Origin: Eledone cirrhosa
Lineage: Eukaryota
NCBI GenBank assembly: GCA_964016885.1
Contig: OZ024740.1
Span: 222,704,001 to 222,768,000 of the forward strand
Direction: 5' to 3'
DNA: 64,000 bases
The translations under genes and the position numbers were made by a program. The notes beneath the pieces were generated by a model. That model searched no databases. It was given only the letters and a program-made list of their open reading frames with translations, and was not told the origin of the DNA. Of this stretch, positions 14,323 to 28,140 are shown one piece after another. Position 1 is the first letter of the stretch; each line of letters begins with the position of its first letter.

Positions 14323-15849
14323 GAACTTGCTTGCTTGCTCCTCATCCTTCGGAATCACAGATGACCATAATTTCAATGTTTGGAGGAGGATCTCTAGCTA
14401 TGTGTCTGAGGTTGATTGGTAAGGCCACCCTGGGCCTGGAAACCACATGTGTACAAGTGCTGCAGTCAAGTGGATGTGGATTATGCCCTGTGCATGGAAC
14501 ATTTTATTTGTGATGCATCTGGTTTAATTTCCAGCTACTGGGATTAAGTTAGAAGCTTTTGATGGACACTTTTCAATTTTCTTTGAAATATTTCTTCTGT
14601 CTGCCACAACTCTCTATACAGCATCTGCTTTCAGACACCCTGACAACATGAGCATTCTAAAGATATGTGTACACTTAACATAATTCTCAGAGAGATGCAG
14701 TGAGACACAGCATGCGATGAGGCTAGTATAATGGTTTACACAGACTATTCTTTTCTAGCTGAAATAAAATGTCTGCCCATGGTCACAATGGGCTGCCAGT
14801 AAATGAACTCCCAAACTCACAATCATAAAACAAACATGGCTATCCAGTAAATTCTGTGACTTAACACATACACAGACACTGACACAGACACACATATACA
14901 CACACACATCGTTATCATCATCAATTTCTTAGTGTAAAAATTAAATATATACACACACAAGTAAAAGTTTTCTTCCACACAAAAATAAAATAATATACAT
15001 AGGTTGAAGTCAGAAATGCACTCGAACTCCTTCAATTATAATTATAAATAATTATTTACAATATTCCCACCGGTTTTACACCTTCCTGTTAGTCATGCAT
15101 TTTACAAAGTAAAATAGCCTTGCACAGTTTCCTTCTATCCAGTTTCACTCATATGACTTGAATTAAACAAATGCTATTGTGAAAGATGCATTGAATCAAG
15201 GATCTTATGATTTTGAAATAAAATTCATAACCACGCAGATATCGCTATGTTCATATTGACTTACATTCATACAAACATACATATTGACACATACATTTAA
15301 ACAAATACACACATGAATCATAGATATATGTGTATATGACGAAGTTTATATTGATTACTTCAGAGAAGTGTGTAAAAGTTTTGTTACACCAATTAGATGT
15401 GTTTATAGATTATCTTTGACTGTATAATATGAAGAAATGGAATCTAATTTCATTTATCACTAGATTAAATTACTGATTTCTAGCATGTACCTATACAAAC
15501 GTACAGAACATACTTACAAACATACAGAAAATAATACCCACACTGATTATGCCATCATGATTATCAACATCATCACCATCACCATCATAAGTATCATCGG
15601 GGAAAGCATCATCATCATTTAACAGCCATTTTCCTTGCGAGTATATGTTGGATTTACAAAATCAAACATATGTGTTAAAACATGAAATAACACCCACACT
15701 GATTATAGTCCTCATCCTCCTCTGTATCATCATCATTCTCACCATCAGAAATAACAACATCATCATCATCATTTAACAGCCACTTTCCCTGCTGCCATGT
15801 GTTGGGCCTCTTAGTTGTTCATATATATATATTATATATATATTAAATT

Positions 15850-15920
15850 TTCCTTCTGATGAACGAATTCTGATGCCTCTGTTGGGGTCGCTTGTCTTTG
15901 TGAAACCTTAGGTAATGGAA
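15850..15920 (+). ncRNA. Type I hammerhead ribozyme motif
   Basis: ttcctt CTGATGA (37 nt) GAAA cc-tta-gg TA atggaa. Stem I pairs 5 of 6; stem III is ACC/GGT. Confidence 0.7.
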
Positions 15921-16144
15921 TAATTATATTGTGTTGTTTATTACATAATTAAATAGCTCTGTATTATACATAGAGCACTCTTCTTTCCTTTACCTTTTCT
16001 ACAGAAAAAAAAAATATATATATATATATATATCGTGGTAGAACACTGGAAGGTAATATCTATAGTGGTAGAGCACTCAGTCCATGGGACAAGTTAGGTA
16101 GAAGTGGTTACACAACAGTTAGTTCACCATACCGAGAAGGTATT

Positions 16145-16182
16145 CGAGCTGAGGATCCACTAAGGTGAAACAATTGTTCTCG
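16145..16182 (+). ncRNA. Minimal hammerhead motif inside a 37-bp perfect inverted repeat
   Basis: cgag CTGAGGA tccactaaggt GAAA caattg TT ctcg. The inverted-repeat arms are 16102-16138 and 16177-16213. Confidence 0.7.
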
Positions 16183-16239
16183 GTATGGTGAACTAACTGT
16201 TGTGTAACCACTTATATATATATATATATACTTACACTA

Positions 16240-17398
16240 TCTGTATATATATAAAATTAAGTATGTGTGGGGGGTCTGTGTATTAACTATAGGGGCCTAC
16301 ATCTTACGAACGATTTTAATGAATCTTTACAGGCTCATAGATTAGTCATCGCGGAGTGTTTTCTATATATCAGCGTATCGTTTTTTTTTTATTCCGGGGT
16401 CATTCTGCAGATAAAAATCGATAGGGGGTCACCTTTTTTAGGTAACAAAAAATAAAATTGTTGGCTCTAGCTCCCACAGTTTGGAACTGATTTCGTTCAA
16501 ATTTTAAAGCAAAATAGAATTTATCATTGCACATCCTGTAATGGCTTTATATTTTGCATTTGTTATTCAGGCACGGCGTTGCAGCCGCTTAAATATTCAA
16601 ATTATCACTTTTAGACTCAAATTTCCACATTAATCAACCTACTTTGTTCAAAATTTACACTACGCTAGATCTGATTATTTCACGTCTTAAAGTGGCTTTA
16701 CATTTTGGATATTTTGTTCAGGAACGGCGTGGCAGCCGCTTAAATATTCGAAAATACCACCTTTTCGCTCAAATTTCCGTCTTTTCGGCTCTAGCTCCCA
16801 CATTTTTCAACCGATTTCGTTCAACTTCGAAATTTTGGCTCCACCTCACACATAAATCAATTTATTTGGTTCAACTTTTATACTACGATAGAACCGATCA
16901 TTGCACAGCTTATAGTAGCTTTACACTTTGCATTTTTTGTTCATGGACGGCGACCTATCATTAGCTCCCACATTTTTCAATCGATTTCGTTCAAATTCGA
17001 AACTTCGGCTCCACCTCACACATAAATCAATTTATTTGGTTCAACTTTTATACTACGATAGAACCTATCATTGCACATCTTATAGATGGTCAAAGGCAAA
17101 ACGATGGCCACTGACGCCGTCTGAGCTTTTAGTTCTGTATTTGAGAATTCATCGGTTTCCAATCAAGTAGCGTGAGAAAAGTTAGCTTAGTGTTACCTCC
17201 CTCCATTACCCCCCTCCCCCAGCATGCCCCTTCGTCAGTCACCCGCATTTCTCAGTGATAGAGGTCATCACCACCCTCCTTGCATGGCCTGTGTGTGGCC
17301 GTAGATGAGTCATCGAGAAGCAGTTGCTAAGATCAACACCTTTTCATCAAAGCAGGTATTATTTTACCTACCCAGGCAACGCTGGGTACTGCTGCTAG
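16240..17398 (+). mobile_element. Non-autonomous Helitron (about 1.16 kb)
   Basis: 5' a|TCtgtatatatataaaa; 3' hairpin tacccag-gcaacg-ctgggta followed by ctgctgCTAG|t; A|T insertion site; internal duplication near 16790-17080. Confidence 0.85.
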
Positions 17399-17406
17399 TA
17401 TATATA

Positions 17407-17597
17407 TGAAATGGGCTGAAATGTTCATAGGCTGAACATGATACTCTCATGGAATGACCAAATGAGGATTATTTTTCAACATATTCCCTGGAAAGAAATA
17501 ATTATTAACAAGAAGAGTTGAAATGAATGCATGCAATATTTCACAGCTCTAGCATCACTCCTTCATAGTCAGCCTATGAACTTTTCAGCCCAACTTG
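17407..17597. mobile_element. Tc1/mariner-type MITE
   Basis: About 29-bp terminal inverted repeats (tgggctgaaatgttcataggctga / tcagcctatgaacttttcagccca) with TA on both sides. Confidence 0.75.
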
Positions 17598-18012
17598 TAA
17601 GTAGATATTTTGTATTGGATCTCCGTTGGTTCCAATGATGAGTGTTACAATGGATCATCCTTTATGTTAAATTACCATGTTAACAATAGAGTAGAGTATT
17701 CTACATGCATGTGCAAGCTAAATGTAGTTGCAGGAAGAATCAGGATGATCCAAAGTGTGAAAAATCTGGTCTTTTGAATAACAAGTATGACAAAAGTTTT
17801 TACTAGCAGACTGGGCTAGATTAATGTGAAATAAAGTGCCTTGCTCAAGGATAGATTGTGCTACCAGGAATTAAGCTCTCAACCTTACAATCATGGCCCA
17901 AACAGCATAACCACTAAGTCACAAACGTTTGCAAGTAAATATATATATATATCATCATCATCATCATCTTTGTTTAATGTCCATCTTGCACAAAGATGAT
18001 GATGATGATATG

Positions 18013-18287
18013 TCATCATCATCATCATCGTTTAACGTCCATATTCCACGCTTGCATGGGTTTGGACGGGAGTCTTCCCACTTGAGGCAAGAGTGGTTGT
18101 CTTGCTTGCATAGGACTGTCTGGCGGGTTTTCTACGGCTGGATGCCCTTCCTAACACCAACCACGTTTACAGTGTGGACTGGGAGGTTTTTACCGTGTTA
18201 CCTACACGGCCACATTACAGCGTGGACTGTGTGTTTTTTTGTCGTGACACCTACACGACCTCATTTGTTTCGGACTGGATATTTTGG
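18013..18287 (-). mobile_element. RTE LINE family 1, 3' UTR-only copy
   Basis: Near-identical to 43926-44200, with a (GAT)n tail. Confidence 0.9.
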
Positions 18288-18291
18288 TATA

Positions 18292-18328
<37 letters not shown>

Positions 18329-18330
<2 letters not shown>

Positions 18331-18679
18331 AGGCACATGTCTTAGTGGTTAGAGCATTGGCTTTGCAATCGAAAGGTTGTGACTTTATTTCTCAGACCGG
18401 GTGATGTGTTGTTTCCTTGAGTAAGACACTTTATTTCACATTGCTCCAGTTTACTCAGCTGTAGAAATGAGATGATAGAGACTGGGGTCCCTCTCATTCC
18501 ACTGCAATGTGGTCGTGGAGGTGCCACAGCAAAAAAGCACCCAGCACTCACTGTAAATAAAGTTGGTGTTAGGAAGGGCATCGGACTGTAGAAATCAAGC
18601 CAGAATCAGTTCCCGCCCCACCCTTGCAAGCAGGGAAAAAGCGGACGTAAAATGAAATGATGATGATGATGATGATGAT
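18329..18679 (+). mobile_element. tRNA-derived SINE family A with RTE-type 3' tail, full length
   Basis: tRNA-like head (tcttagtggttagagc..gcaatcgaaaggttg), CORE-like 'ccttgagtaagacactt', and tail ccttgcaagcagggaaaaagcggacgtaaa(atg)n shared with the RTE 3' end at 41116-41185. Confidence 0.85.
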
Positions 18680-18855
18680 ATATATGTATATATATATATA
18701 AGGAAAAAAGATGAAATCGAAAATGCAACTGGAGTCTTTTTTTTTTTAAATATATATATTTATTTGGTTCCTTTACCGGCTTCGCAGTTCTTCTGCTTTT
18801 CAAAAGTAGAGTTGAGATGGAGGGGCTGTGGTTTTTCTCACATATATATATATAT

Positions 18856-19995
18856 AATCATCATCATTGTTTAACATGCGTCCATGATAGAAAGATTTGG
18901 ACATGTTTTGATAGACCAAGTCATTATTGAAGTGGGACTCCTGACCTCCCAATGATGCTGGGGCTCTGCCTCTCAATTTTGTATGGTCTCATGTTCTACC
19001 AAATCTCCCAGCACAAGAGAGATTTCCATATCTTTGAAACAACTGAAGCATCTCCCACCCACTGTTTTGCAAGCTTTCTATGGCTGATTGCCGTTCCTAT
19101 AACTAACCACTTTACACAACTGAAGGTTCCTCTCAATCCTTTTTATACATGGTTTCTACATGGTTTCCTTGCTCTTGTCAACCACCCTTATGGAGTGATG
19201 GATGCATTTTTGTGGCACAAATACAAGGGATGTTGTGGATCCTTGTCCCAACAACAGAGCCCTCATTACTATGTGGGAGTTGAGTGAAAGTGAGTGAAGG
19301 GAGATAGGCATGACATTATGGCAAATATGGTGTGATGTGACAAGGTGATGAGTGGGGAAGGGGTGACATTTGATAGCAAAGAGAAGGAGGAACTGTGGAG
19401 TTGATAACTCCTACGTGGAGATAATGTTGGCAGGAGGTGTGGATTTTGTAATCAATAGCATGGGATTGGGGTGGATAGCACACGCCAGTGCCAGGAAAAA
19501 GAGGTATGGTGATGGAGAGGATAGCTAAGGAGTGATAAAGGAGGGGGCTTGGGTGGGTTGCATAGGGGTGGAAAGAATAACTACTAAGATGCATGAGTGA
19601 GGATAACTAAGAGCTTTAGATGGGAGAACATTGATGGAGTGGGGATGTGTATTGATGATGGCCATTGGTGCTAGGGAGTATGTGGAAGGTGGACACAGAG
19701 ACATCCAGTCACATTTTATGTAGTGGGTAGTGTTTCACCAGCACAGCTTAGTGCCACATCCCACAGTCCTTAGTTATATCAGCTGAGATGTTTAGTTTTT
19801 TAAGGTCAGTCTTCACATCCTTGTCCAAAGTCTTTCTGGATCTATCTCTTCCATATGCCCTGCCACTGGAGTTTTCCTGCATATTATATGCAACTGCTAT
19901 CTTCAATAATATGCATCACAAGTCCATATCAATGCAGTCTTCTCTCTTGCACACTACATCCAATTCCTGTTAAGCCAAGTTTTACCCTCAGTTTG
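18856..19995 (-). mobile_element. Old RTE LINE 3' fragment (ORF end plus long 3' UTR)
   Basis: 19740-19995 minus resembles KLGLTGIGCSVQERRL.WYG..GR.RKT; (GAT)n tail at 18856. Confidence 0.55.
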
Positions 19996-20257
19996 CTTAC
20001 GATATGTGTTCCAAATAAATTTGAAAAACCTTCAAGAATTTTGAAGAATTTAGCAATATAACTAATTTTTCTTCATTTATTTTGTGTTTGGGGCATAGCT
20101 TAACAAAGCTCCTGACAAAAATAAAACAATTCTTATGAAATGTTTGATTTGAGTAGATAGGACTCTTCCATTTTGCTGAGTATGTGATAATCTTTCTAGT
20201 GCTGGTGCCATGATAAAGTGTATCCAGTACACTCTGTAAAGCAGCAGTGCTGCAGTT

Positions 20258-21150
20258 TTTTCTTCTCCTTCTCTTTCTTCTTCTGCCCATATATTACTGG
20301 GAGGCCTGTGGGCAGAGTCCTCAGATATGCATCGATAGAGTCTTATGAGAAGTAACCATCTCCAAATGATCCAGCTGGATCCTCAAGTGAAACCAACTGA
20401 GATTATGGATATTATCCAACCATCTTGCTTGTAGTTTACATTTGGATCTCCTTCCAGTTGGCTTTTCCCATAAAATCTGTTCAGCAATTTGTGCCTCAGA
20501 CATTCTAACCACATGCCTCTATCACCAGAGCTGTGATCTAGAAGTAGTGGCTCTTACTGGAGCAACTCTCTGATCTCTGAGCTATGTAACCTACCAAGTA
20601 ATGCTACACCAAAGACCCTTCAGAGGAACACCCTTTCAGCTGCTTGCATTTGTAATTGTATATTTTCAGTCTTTACCAAGCTTCATGACCATAGTTAATA
20701 TGTACAAACACTGAATTGAAGATAGCAAGTTTGGTTTTTACATCCTTTTCTCGTCTGATGACTGAGTGCATTACTGCACCAGCTCTAGCAATGTTTTAAT
20801 TTAATTCTTCCTCCTGCCTTCCATCACATGAAAATAGCCCCAAGTTACTGTTTCAGTATAACTCCACTTGCATGCAGAGTGTACTGCACAGACCCTTTTA
20901 AGAAAATGGGTGTCTCAGTCTTTGCATCACTGATTCTCCCCTTCTCCCATGCAGCATTCAGGGGAAAACCTATCCAGTGCAAGTCGGAGATAACCTTCCA
21001 GCTGTTAAGTAGTACTATTTCATCTGTAACGTCCTGCTGACTGATTCTAAACCAGTTTTGATACCACTTCTAGCCCAGTTTCACATATTAGTCCTCTTCA
21101 CGAAGATTATGAACAGTGCTATTGGCATGATAAACTGCCCTCTCTAAAGT
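20258..21150 (-). mobile_element. Degenerate RTE-like LINE family 3 with (GAA)n tail
   Basis: Minus-strand decayed YGHEAW...QAAERVFL.RVFGV and MVRMSEAQIAEQILWEKPTGRRS..ARWLDNI; homologous to 26061-26625. Confidence 0.7.
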
Positions 21151-21284
21151 AATTGTGGTTAAGTAAGGGATCCAGACATAGAAACCATGCCAAATATGGA
21201 ATATAGGAACAAGACATGGTTCTCCAACCAGTCCACCCCATGCCAGCATAGAAAGCTGGTATAAAATGATGATGATGATGATAA

Positions 21285-21610
21285 TAGTTGCTTAGCCTTT
21301 TTGTATGAGGCCAGCAATTTGAAGGGAAATGTATTACTGGTACTTTATATTATTTACCCTGTGAGGGAGAAAGACAAAGCTAATCTCAACAGGATTTGAA
21401 CTCAGAGTTTAAAATGCAGTTGAATAATTGTTTCTACATTTGGCACAATGCAAACAATTTGAAGAGAAGGGGGAAAAGGCAATTAAATTGTAAAGATGAA
21501 AGGCAAAGCTAACCTCAGCAGGATTTGAACTCAATACCTCATGGACTGTAACTATATACCACAATCATGTTGTCCAATGCTTTAACACCTGTGTCAATCT
21601 ACTGCCCTAT
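21285..21610 (-). mobile_element. Two degenerate SINE family B copies
   Basis: Two 'ggatttgaactca' B-box reverse complements and a 'tttctacatttggcac' tail. Confidence 0.6.
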
Positions 21611-22734
21611 GATGACAATGATGATAATAATGATGATGATAGATATTTTAAAACAAGGTTGGTTTATCATAGAATCTGGGATGGTTTCAGGTGGCTTGCT
21701 AATCAAAAGAGTTAAAGAATAGTTATCTTATCTTTTAAGAATGATTTCTGAGTTAGGTGAAAATAGGAAATGTTTAGTTCATTCACATAATGGAAACAAA
21801 TATGAGTTAATCATTGGATTTATATCTCCCTTTGGGCTCATGGAGGCATATAAATTGCATTTAAACTTACTTGGAAGAGAAGCAAGTGAAATATATATTT
21901 AATCAAAAGACACAACTGCACACATATTTAATCAAAAGACACAACAGAGATTTTGAACATAAGACAATTAATTCAGATGTGCAGCTACTTTAGTTTACTT
22001 CTTTCTCAATCATAGCAGCTGAGTGATTACAGAAGTTTTTGGTTGCTTATTATTTTCATTATTTTTTATTTTATCGTATTTTTTTATCATCGAGACATTT
22101 GCCAACGTAATCCTATTTTCAGAAAAAACAAAACCCTAAAACATCTTCTTACTGAGACTGGAATTCAGAATGACATTCTAGTTTGGATTCTATCATTTAT
22201 TGAATTCCTTAAGTGATTGCATTAATGTATACTTGTAATAGTAGGATCTATGATTCCACTTGTTTTTCTATAAATGAGTCATACAAAGTAAAACAAAACA
22301 CTATTTAAAAAAAAAAAATTGTAAAACATAAAAACGGGATTATTGCAATTTCATTTTGTGTTTCCGAGAAACATAGATATACAAGAACCTATTGGGACAC
22401 AAGAAACATATGCCACAATGTATTAACATAGCTATCTGTAAAGCCATATATTTCTTCAGAATTGTAAATAGAAACTTTTCTTTAACTATTTTGACCTTTT
22501 TTCTATTTCCACACTTGAGTCAGTCCTTTTTCAATATATTTTATAGGGATTGCTTTCTATTTTGTTAACATTACTTAACCTTTTTTTCTTTAAATATTTT
22601 TAAGGATTCAAAGTAATGCTAGGAATTCTCAAATCCTGTTTTAGCCTACTACCCTAACAACATACAGGCATTCCCAATTCTTTAAGGTTTTAAGTAGATT
22701 TCACAAAAAAATGTTATAAACACAGACACACACA

Positions 22735-22750
22735 TATATATATATATATA

Positions 22751-22835
<85 letters not shown>

Positions 22836-22870
22836 ATATATATATATATATATATATAAACATATATATA

Positions 22871-22913
<43 letters not shown>

Positions 22914-22954
22914 ACACAGATATATCTATATATATACATATAGACATATATATA

Positions 22955-23017
<63 letters not shown>

Positions 23018-23082
23018 ATATATATATGTATATAAGTATATATATATATATAAGTGTGTAAATATATATATATATATATATA
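22735..23082. repeat. Compound (TA)n microsatellite with repeated AAAC interruptions
   Basis: Directly visible; source of the YIYI pseudo-ORFs. Confidence 0.95.
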
Positions 23083-23625
23083 TGTAAGCAGGGAAATGTG
23101 GACTTGAAATGATGATGATGATGGAGAAAGTGGGAGAGAGAGAACAGTGAAATCATTAAATTAAATAAAACGTTGCAGACATACATACAGTTAATATGAC
23201 ATAGTTTCTAGTTTTATTTTTGTAAATAACTAAAGGTGTATATAAAAAGTGCCACAGAACTTTGTTGCAAATGGATAAGCTCTGAGTAATCAAAATATCC
23301 AGGGCTATGTTGCAATTCTTTACTGTATGACTTATATTAGTATTATTATATTTGTGCATACACACAGATATATATAAACACCAAAATATATGGGCATCTC
23401 TGTTTTTGTGTTTATAATTAGGCCTAATACATTTTTGAGCATATAATTAAATGTCTATAATATAACTTTTTCTCTCACTACAAATGCATATACTCTATAT
23501 CTTCTTTAAGCCAGTTATCAGGGGCCAAGTTAAACTCCTGTCCTGTTTTATATATGTACACGTACCCCCCCCCCCCCCAAAAAAAAAACCCACCCACGCC
23601 CACCCACACAACACCACCATATATA

Positions 23626-23670
<45 letters not shown>

Positions 23671-23674
<4 letters not shown>

Positions 23675-24368
23675 GTAATATACGTGAACAGCAAAGCATA
23701 AACAAACTAAGGGAGAAATTAGGAATAAGAGGGATCAGATGTTGTTTACTCAAGAGAAGACTACGTTGGTATGGTCACGTGATGCGCATGAAAGACGACA
23801 GCTATATAAAAAAGTGCAGGCCGATAAAAATGGACGGTAGCCACGAAATAGGCAGACCCAGAAAAACCTGGGACGACTTGATAAATTCCGACCTCACACA
23901 CTTACACCTCTCCAAGACAATGTCACTGGACCGAGGTCTTTGGCGCTACTCACTTATACAGAAGCCCCGCCTTGCCTAAGTACAAAGCGAAACCTACAGT
24001 CAGTCGGCACCTCTAACAAAATACACCCCCGTCCCACTACCCCCACCCATCCACACCACCCCCTTAAATGTGAAGTTATGTTGGTACCACAACATCCAAT
24101 CTGAAACAAATGAGGTCGTTTCGGTGTCATGACAAAATAACACACAGTCCACACTGTAATGTGACCGTGTAGGTAACACGGTAAAAACCTCCCAGTCCAC
24201 ACTGTAAACGTAGTTGGTGTTAGGAAGGGCATCCAGCCGTAGAAAACCCACCAGACAGTCCTATACAAGCAGGACAACCAATCTTGCTTCAAGTTGGAAA
24301 ACTCCCATCCAAACCCATGCAAGCGTGGAAGATGGACGTTAAACGATGATGATGATGATGATGATGAT
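23671..24368 (+). mobile_element. RTE LINE family 1, 5'-truncated copy
   Basis: NSNIREQQSINKLREKLGIRGIRCCLLKRRLRWYGHVMRMKDD...GRPRKTWDDL, followed by 3' UTR and (GAT)n tail. Matches 43926-44617; flanked by TA repeats. Confidence 0.95.
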
Positions 24369-24567
24369 GTATGTATACACATATATATATATATATACAC
24401 ACACACAATATATATATATATATATATATATGCATATAAAATAGAGGTGCATAACTGCTATTAATTCGTCAGTATATTGACATTATCATGATCCATCATA
24501 AATCAAAACAATGAGCTAATTATGCATTAAACCTTGCCTTTTTGTTTTCATTATTTAACCTATATAA

Positions 24568-24755
24568 GGGGCAGTGGATTGGCAGTATTGGAAGAGGGTC
24601 AGACGCCATGCTTTGACGCATAGAGTTACGGTCCTTGCCATTCTGAGTTCAAATCCCGCCAAGGTTAACTTTGCCTTTCATCCTCAAGGGGTCGATGAAA
24701 TAAAGTACCAGTAATGCACCAGGTAATTGCTGGCCTTGTGCCTAAAGTAGAAACA
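24568..24755 (+). mobile_element. SINE family B with 18-bp TSD
   Basis: Direct repeat attatttaacctatataa at 24550-24567 and 24756-24773. Confidence 0.9.
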
Positions 24756-24773
24756 ATTATTTAACCTATATAA

Positions 24774-24980
24774 TGGCAGTGGATTGTCAGTATCGGTAGA
24801 GAGTCAGACACCATGCTTTGCAGCATAGAGTTACGGTCTGAGTTCAAATCCTGCCCAGGTTAACTTTGTCTTTCATCCTTACGGGTGTCAATAAAATAAA
24901 GCTCCAGTAACATACTGGGGTCGAATTAAACGACTTTCCCCTCCTCCCAAATTACTGATCTTGTGCCTATACTAGAAGTC
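24774..24980 (+). mobile_element. SINE family B, older variant copy
   Basis: Same head, B-box and central domain, with an extra segment before the tail. Confidence 0.8.
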
Positions 24981-24989
24981 ATTATTTAA

Positions 24990-25142
<153 letters not shown>

Positions 25143-26060
25143 GGTGTGTGTTTGTGAAAATTGAGTAGGCCACAAATCAGAGTAGTGCTCAATCCTTGAT
25201 GAAATGCACAGTAGGTATATTAAAGAGGCAACATCCTGACAAGTTGAAATGGCAGGGCTCACTACTGGGATGCTAACTCATCAGCATGTATATAGCCAGA
25301 GGCTACAATTTAACATATCAAGCTCATATAATTGAAATGTGATACATACAGCATGTTCAGCTGTCTGAAAAAATGAAAAAAAACATTTGATATTTGAACT
25401 CATGTCTTGCAACCATGCAGGAAATGCCTATGATATGTATTATTCTGTCAATAAGAAGATATGAATCAATGAGACTCATACAGATTATTATGTCTAGAAC
25501 TGTATGAATTTTATAAACAAAATAGACATTTCCAATGACCCTTGTGTATGTGACTGATTGATGTCCTTGCTGGTGAATTGATGAGGTTTTTTTTCTCTCA
25601 CTTTTATGATATGTTTTTGTGTTTATATTTATAATGTTGCTAGCAATAATTAGTTGTATTTATTATTTGTGTTTATATTTACATTCTGTAAGAAGTATCC
25701 AATAAATATACAGAAGATCTTCTCTGACCTATGTGTACACTCTATCACCATCTCCGCTTCCCCTTTCTTTCTTCTAGTAGTCCTTGCTCTTTGTCTCATT
25801 TCCTTTCATATATGGCATTTATAGTCCTTTCCAATACTGATTTCTTTTTGCTGTATGTTCAACCAAATAAAAATAATGTTTTATCTAATAATAAAGATAA
25901 AATGAAGATCAAATGGAAATAAACAACAAAGAATTGAAAGCAAATAGACATACTTGCAAGGTTCTTCTCAACTTAAGGTTGTTTTTAATTATAATTTAAA
26001 AAAAAATATGTACTAATCCATAATTAGCAAATTTACACTCTCAATAGACAAAACGTACCC

Positions 26061-26625
26061 TTCTTCTTCTTCTTCTTCTTCTTCTTCTTCTTCTTCTTCT
26101 TCTTCTTCTTCTTCTTCTTCTTCTTCTTCTTCTTCTTCTTCTTCTTCTCAACCCACCTATTCTGAGAGAGTCAGAGAGTCATGGGGGTAGAGTCCTCAAA
26201 CACTCCTTCCTGTGGCTCTTGTCAGAAGTAATCATCTCCAAATGATCTGGTTGGATCCCCATGCATGACCATCTTGCTCGGGGTCTACCCCTGGGTCTTC
26301 TGCGGGTTGGTTTTGCCCATAAAATCTGACCAGTGATGCTATCCTGAGACATTCTAACTACATGCCCATAGTATCAGCCTGTGATTTCTCAATTTGGAGA
26401 AGTAGCAGCTCTACCTGGAGTCACTCTCTGATCTCCGAGTTGTGCACTTTATTGAATAACATTACTCCAAAGACCATTCAGAAGAATCCCATTTTGGCTG
26501 ATTGTATTCGCGATCATATTCTTTTGATCATTACCAAAGATTCATGACCACGGGTAAGGATTGGCATGAATACCGAATTAAAGATAGCGAGTTTGGTTCT
26601 TACATTTATCTCCCTTCTTCTGAAT
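26061..26625 (-). mobile_element. RTE-like LINE family 3 fragment with expanded (GAA)n tail (26061-26147)
   Basis: Minus-strand PILTRGHESLVMIKRI*SRIQSAKMGFF*MVFGV...; homologous to 20258-21150. Confidence 0.75.
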
Positions 26626-27970
26626 CTGGCACATAACCCATTGGTGATAAATTTATCTCAAATGAGAAACCCTACTTTATATGTATTTGTATTAATGAAT
26701 GTATCTGGTTATATTTTATCAACTTTAGTTGAATTCGAATTCAGAAAACTGGGCACAAAACACAGAATCCCATGTTGTTTTATTCTGATTTGTTAATTAC
26801 TATTAAAAAAAACTTAAATTTGATATTGAAAAAAGTAATTACAAAAATGATTATCTAAATTAGTGCTGACAAATGAATTTTAAAAAATTGTATATAGAAA
26901 TGAATAATTACTTGAAAAATTATATTGATAATCTCATTCGTTAATCATTTGTCAAAGAAAAGATATTAAAATTTGTAGCATATCTGTTAATGTTGTTGAC
27001 TATAAAACACATTACTTGATAATTTTTCATAATTATTTCAATGTGTTACTTTCTCTTATTTTCACTTTAGAGCATATTCAAATAATCAAATATATTTGAA
27101 TACTGATGGAGTCAAATAGACTGAAATATGTCCATAGTTTTTTCTTGATTGCAAACAAGGTGCAAACTTTGAGAGATTTAAGTCTAGATTTCTTGAAATT
27201 ATCTCCCCTTTTTTCAATCTGTCAGTTTTTATTCACAGTTGTATAAATACCATTACAAAATATTTATAATCCTTACAGAATGAAAATATGATCGCAAATA
27301 ATATATACATTTAATTATTGTTAGGAACCTTATAAATATAATACACAAAAATATATAATCAAAGTGAGAGACCCCCCACCCGATACACCCAAACAAACCA
27401 TAAATTTAACACTAAGTGCATCAATTGGTCACACACCACAAGGATCATCGGACATGTTTAGGCAATCCAACATGCTTGCAACATCACCACAGGTTATGGT
27501 GAGGCTATGCTGTGGAAACAACCATACACCCTCACGTGCATCACCTGACATTTCAGTTAGGTGAGCCGTTAGTGTTGACAAGAACTTTGCCGTCAACGGC
27601 CCAGCTCCACCAAAATGTTTTGAATGAGGAACATTTCAATTAATTACAAATTCTTTTTCTATAACATCATCCTTTTATGTATATATCTATTTATGGTTTT
27701 AACCCATTTGTAATATTTTAATTAGTTCATTAATGTTATAGTGTTTAATAACATTTATAGTGTGTAATCACCATTTGCTCCTCTACTATTATAATGTCAT
27801 AACTATTCCGAAGGAATTAAAAAGGGTATATATATATATATACATACATATATATATATATATGTATACACACTTTGATTACCTGTACAGGCAATATTTA
27901 TTAGAATGCTGTTGAAGTGTGTATGTAATTTTTTGGGACACCCTGTATAATTGTAGACAGTCTAATAAAT

Positions 27971-28140
27971 TGTTTCTACGTTAGGCACAAGGCCAGCAAT
28001 TACCCAGTGTATTACTGGTACTTTATTTTATCGACCCCGTAAGGATGAAAGTCAAAGTTAACCTCGGCGGGATTTGAACTCAGAATGGCAAGGGCCGTAA
28101 CTCTATGCGTCAATCTACCAATACTGCCAATCCACCGCCT
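27971..28140 (-). mobile_element. SINE family B with 13-bp TSD
   Basis: cagtctaataaat at 27958-27970 and 28141-28153. Confidence 0.9.

Noticed and set aside
15525-15810. Imperfect tandem duplication of about 160 bp
   Set aside because: Consists of (CAT)n plus a short RTE tail; ordinary local duplication.
22682-23186. YIYI-rich ORFs (also near 32.1, 33.4, 36.7 and 42.6 kb)
   Set aside because: Translations of TA microsatellites.
27930-27948. Single Tc1/mariner-like TIR (tgggacaccctg|ta)
   Set aside because: No matching second TIR found.
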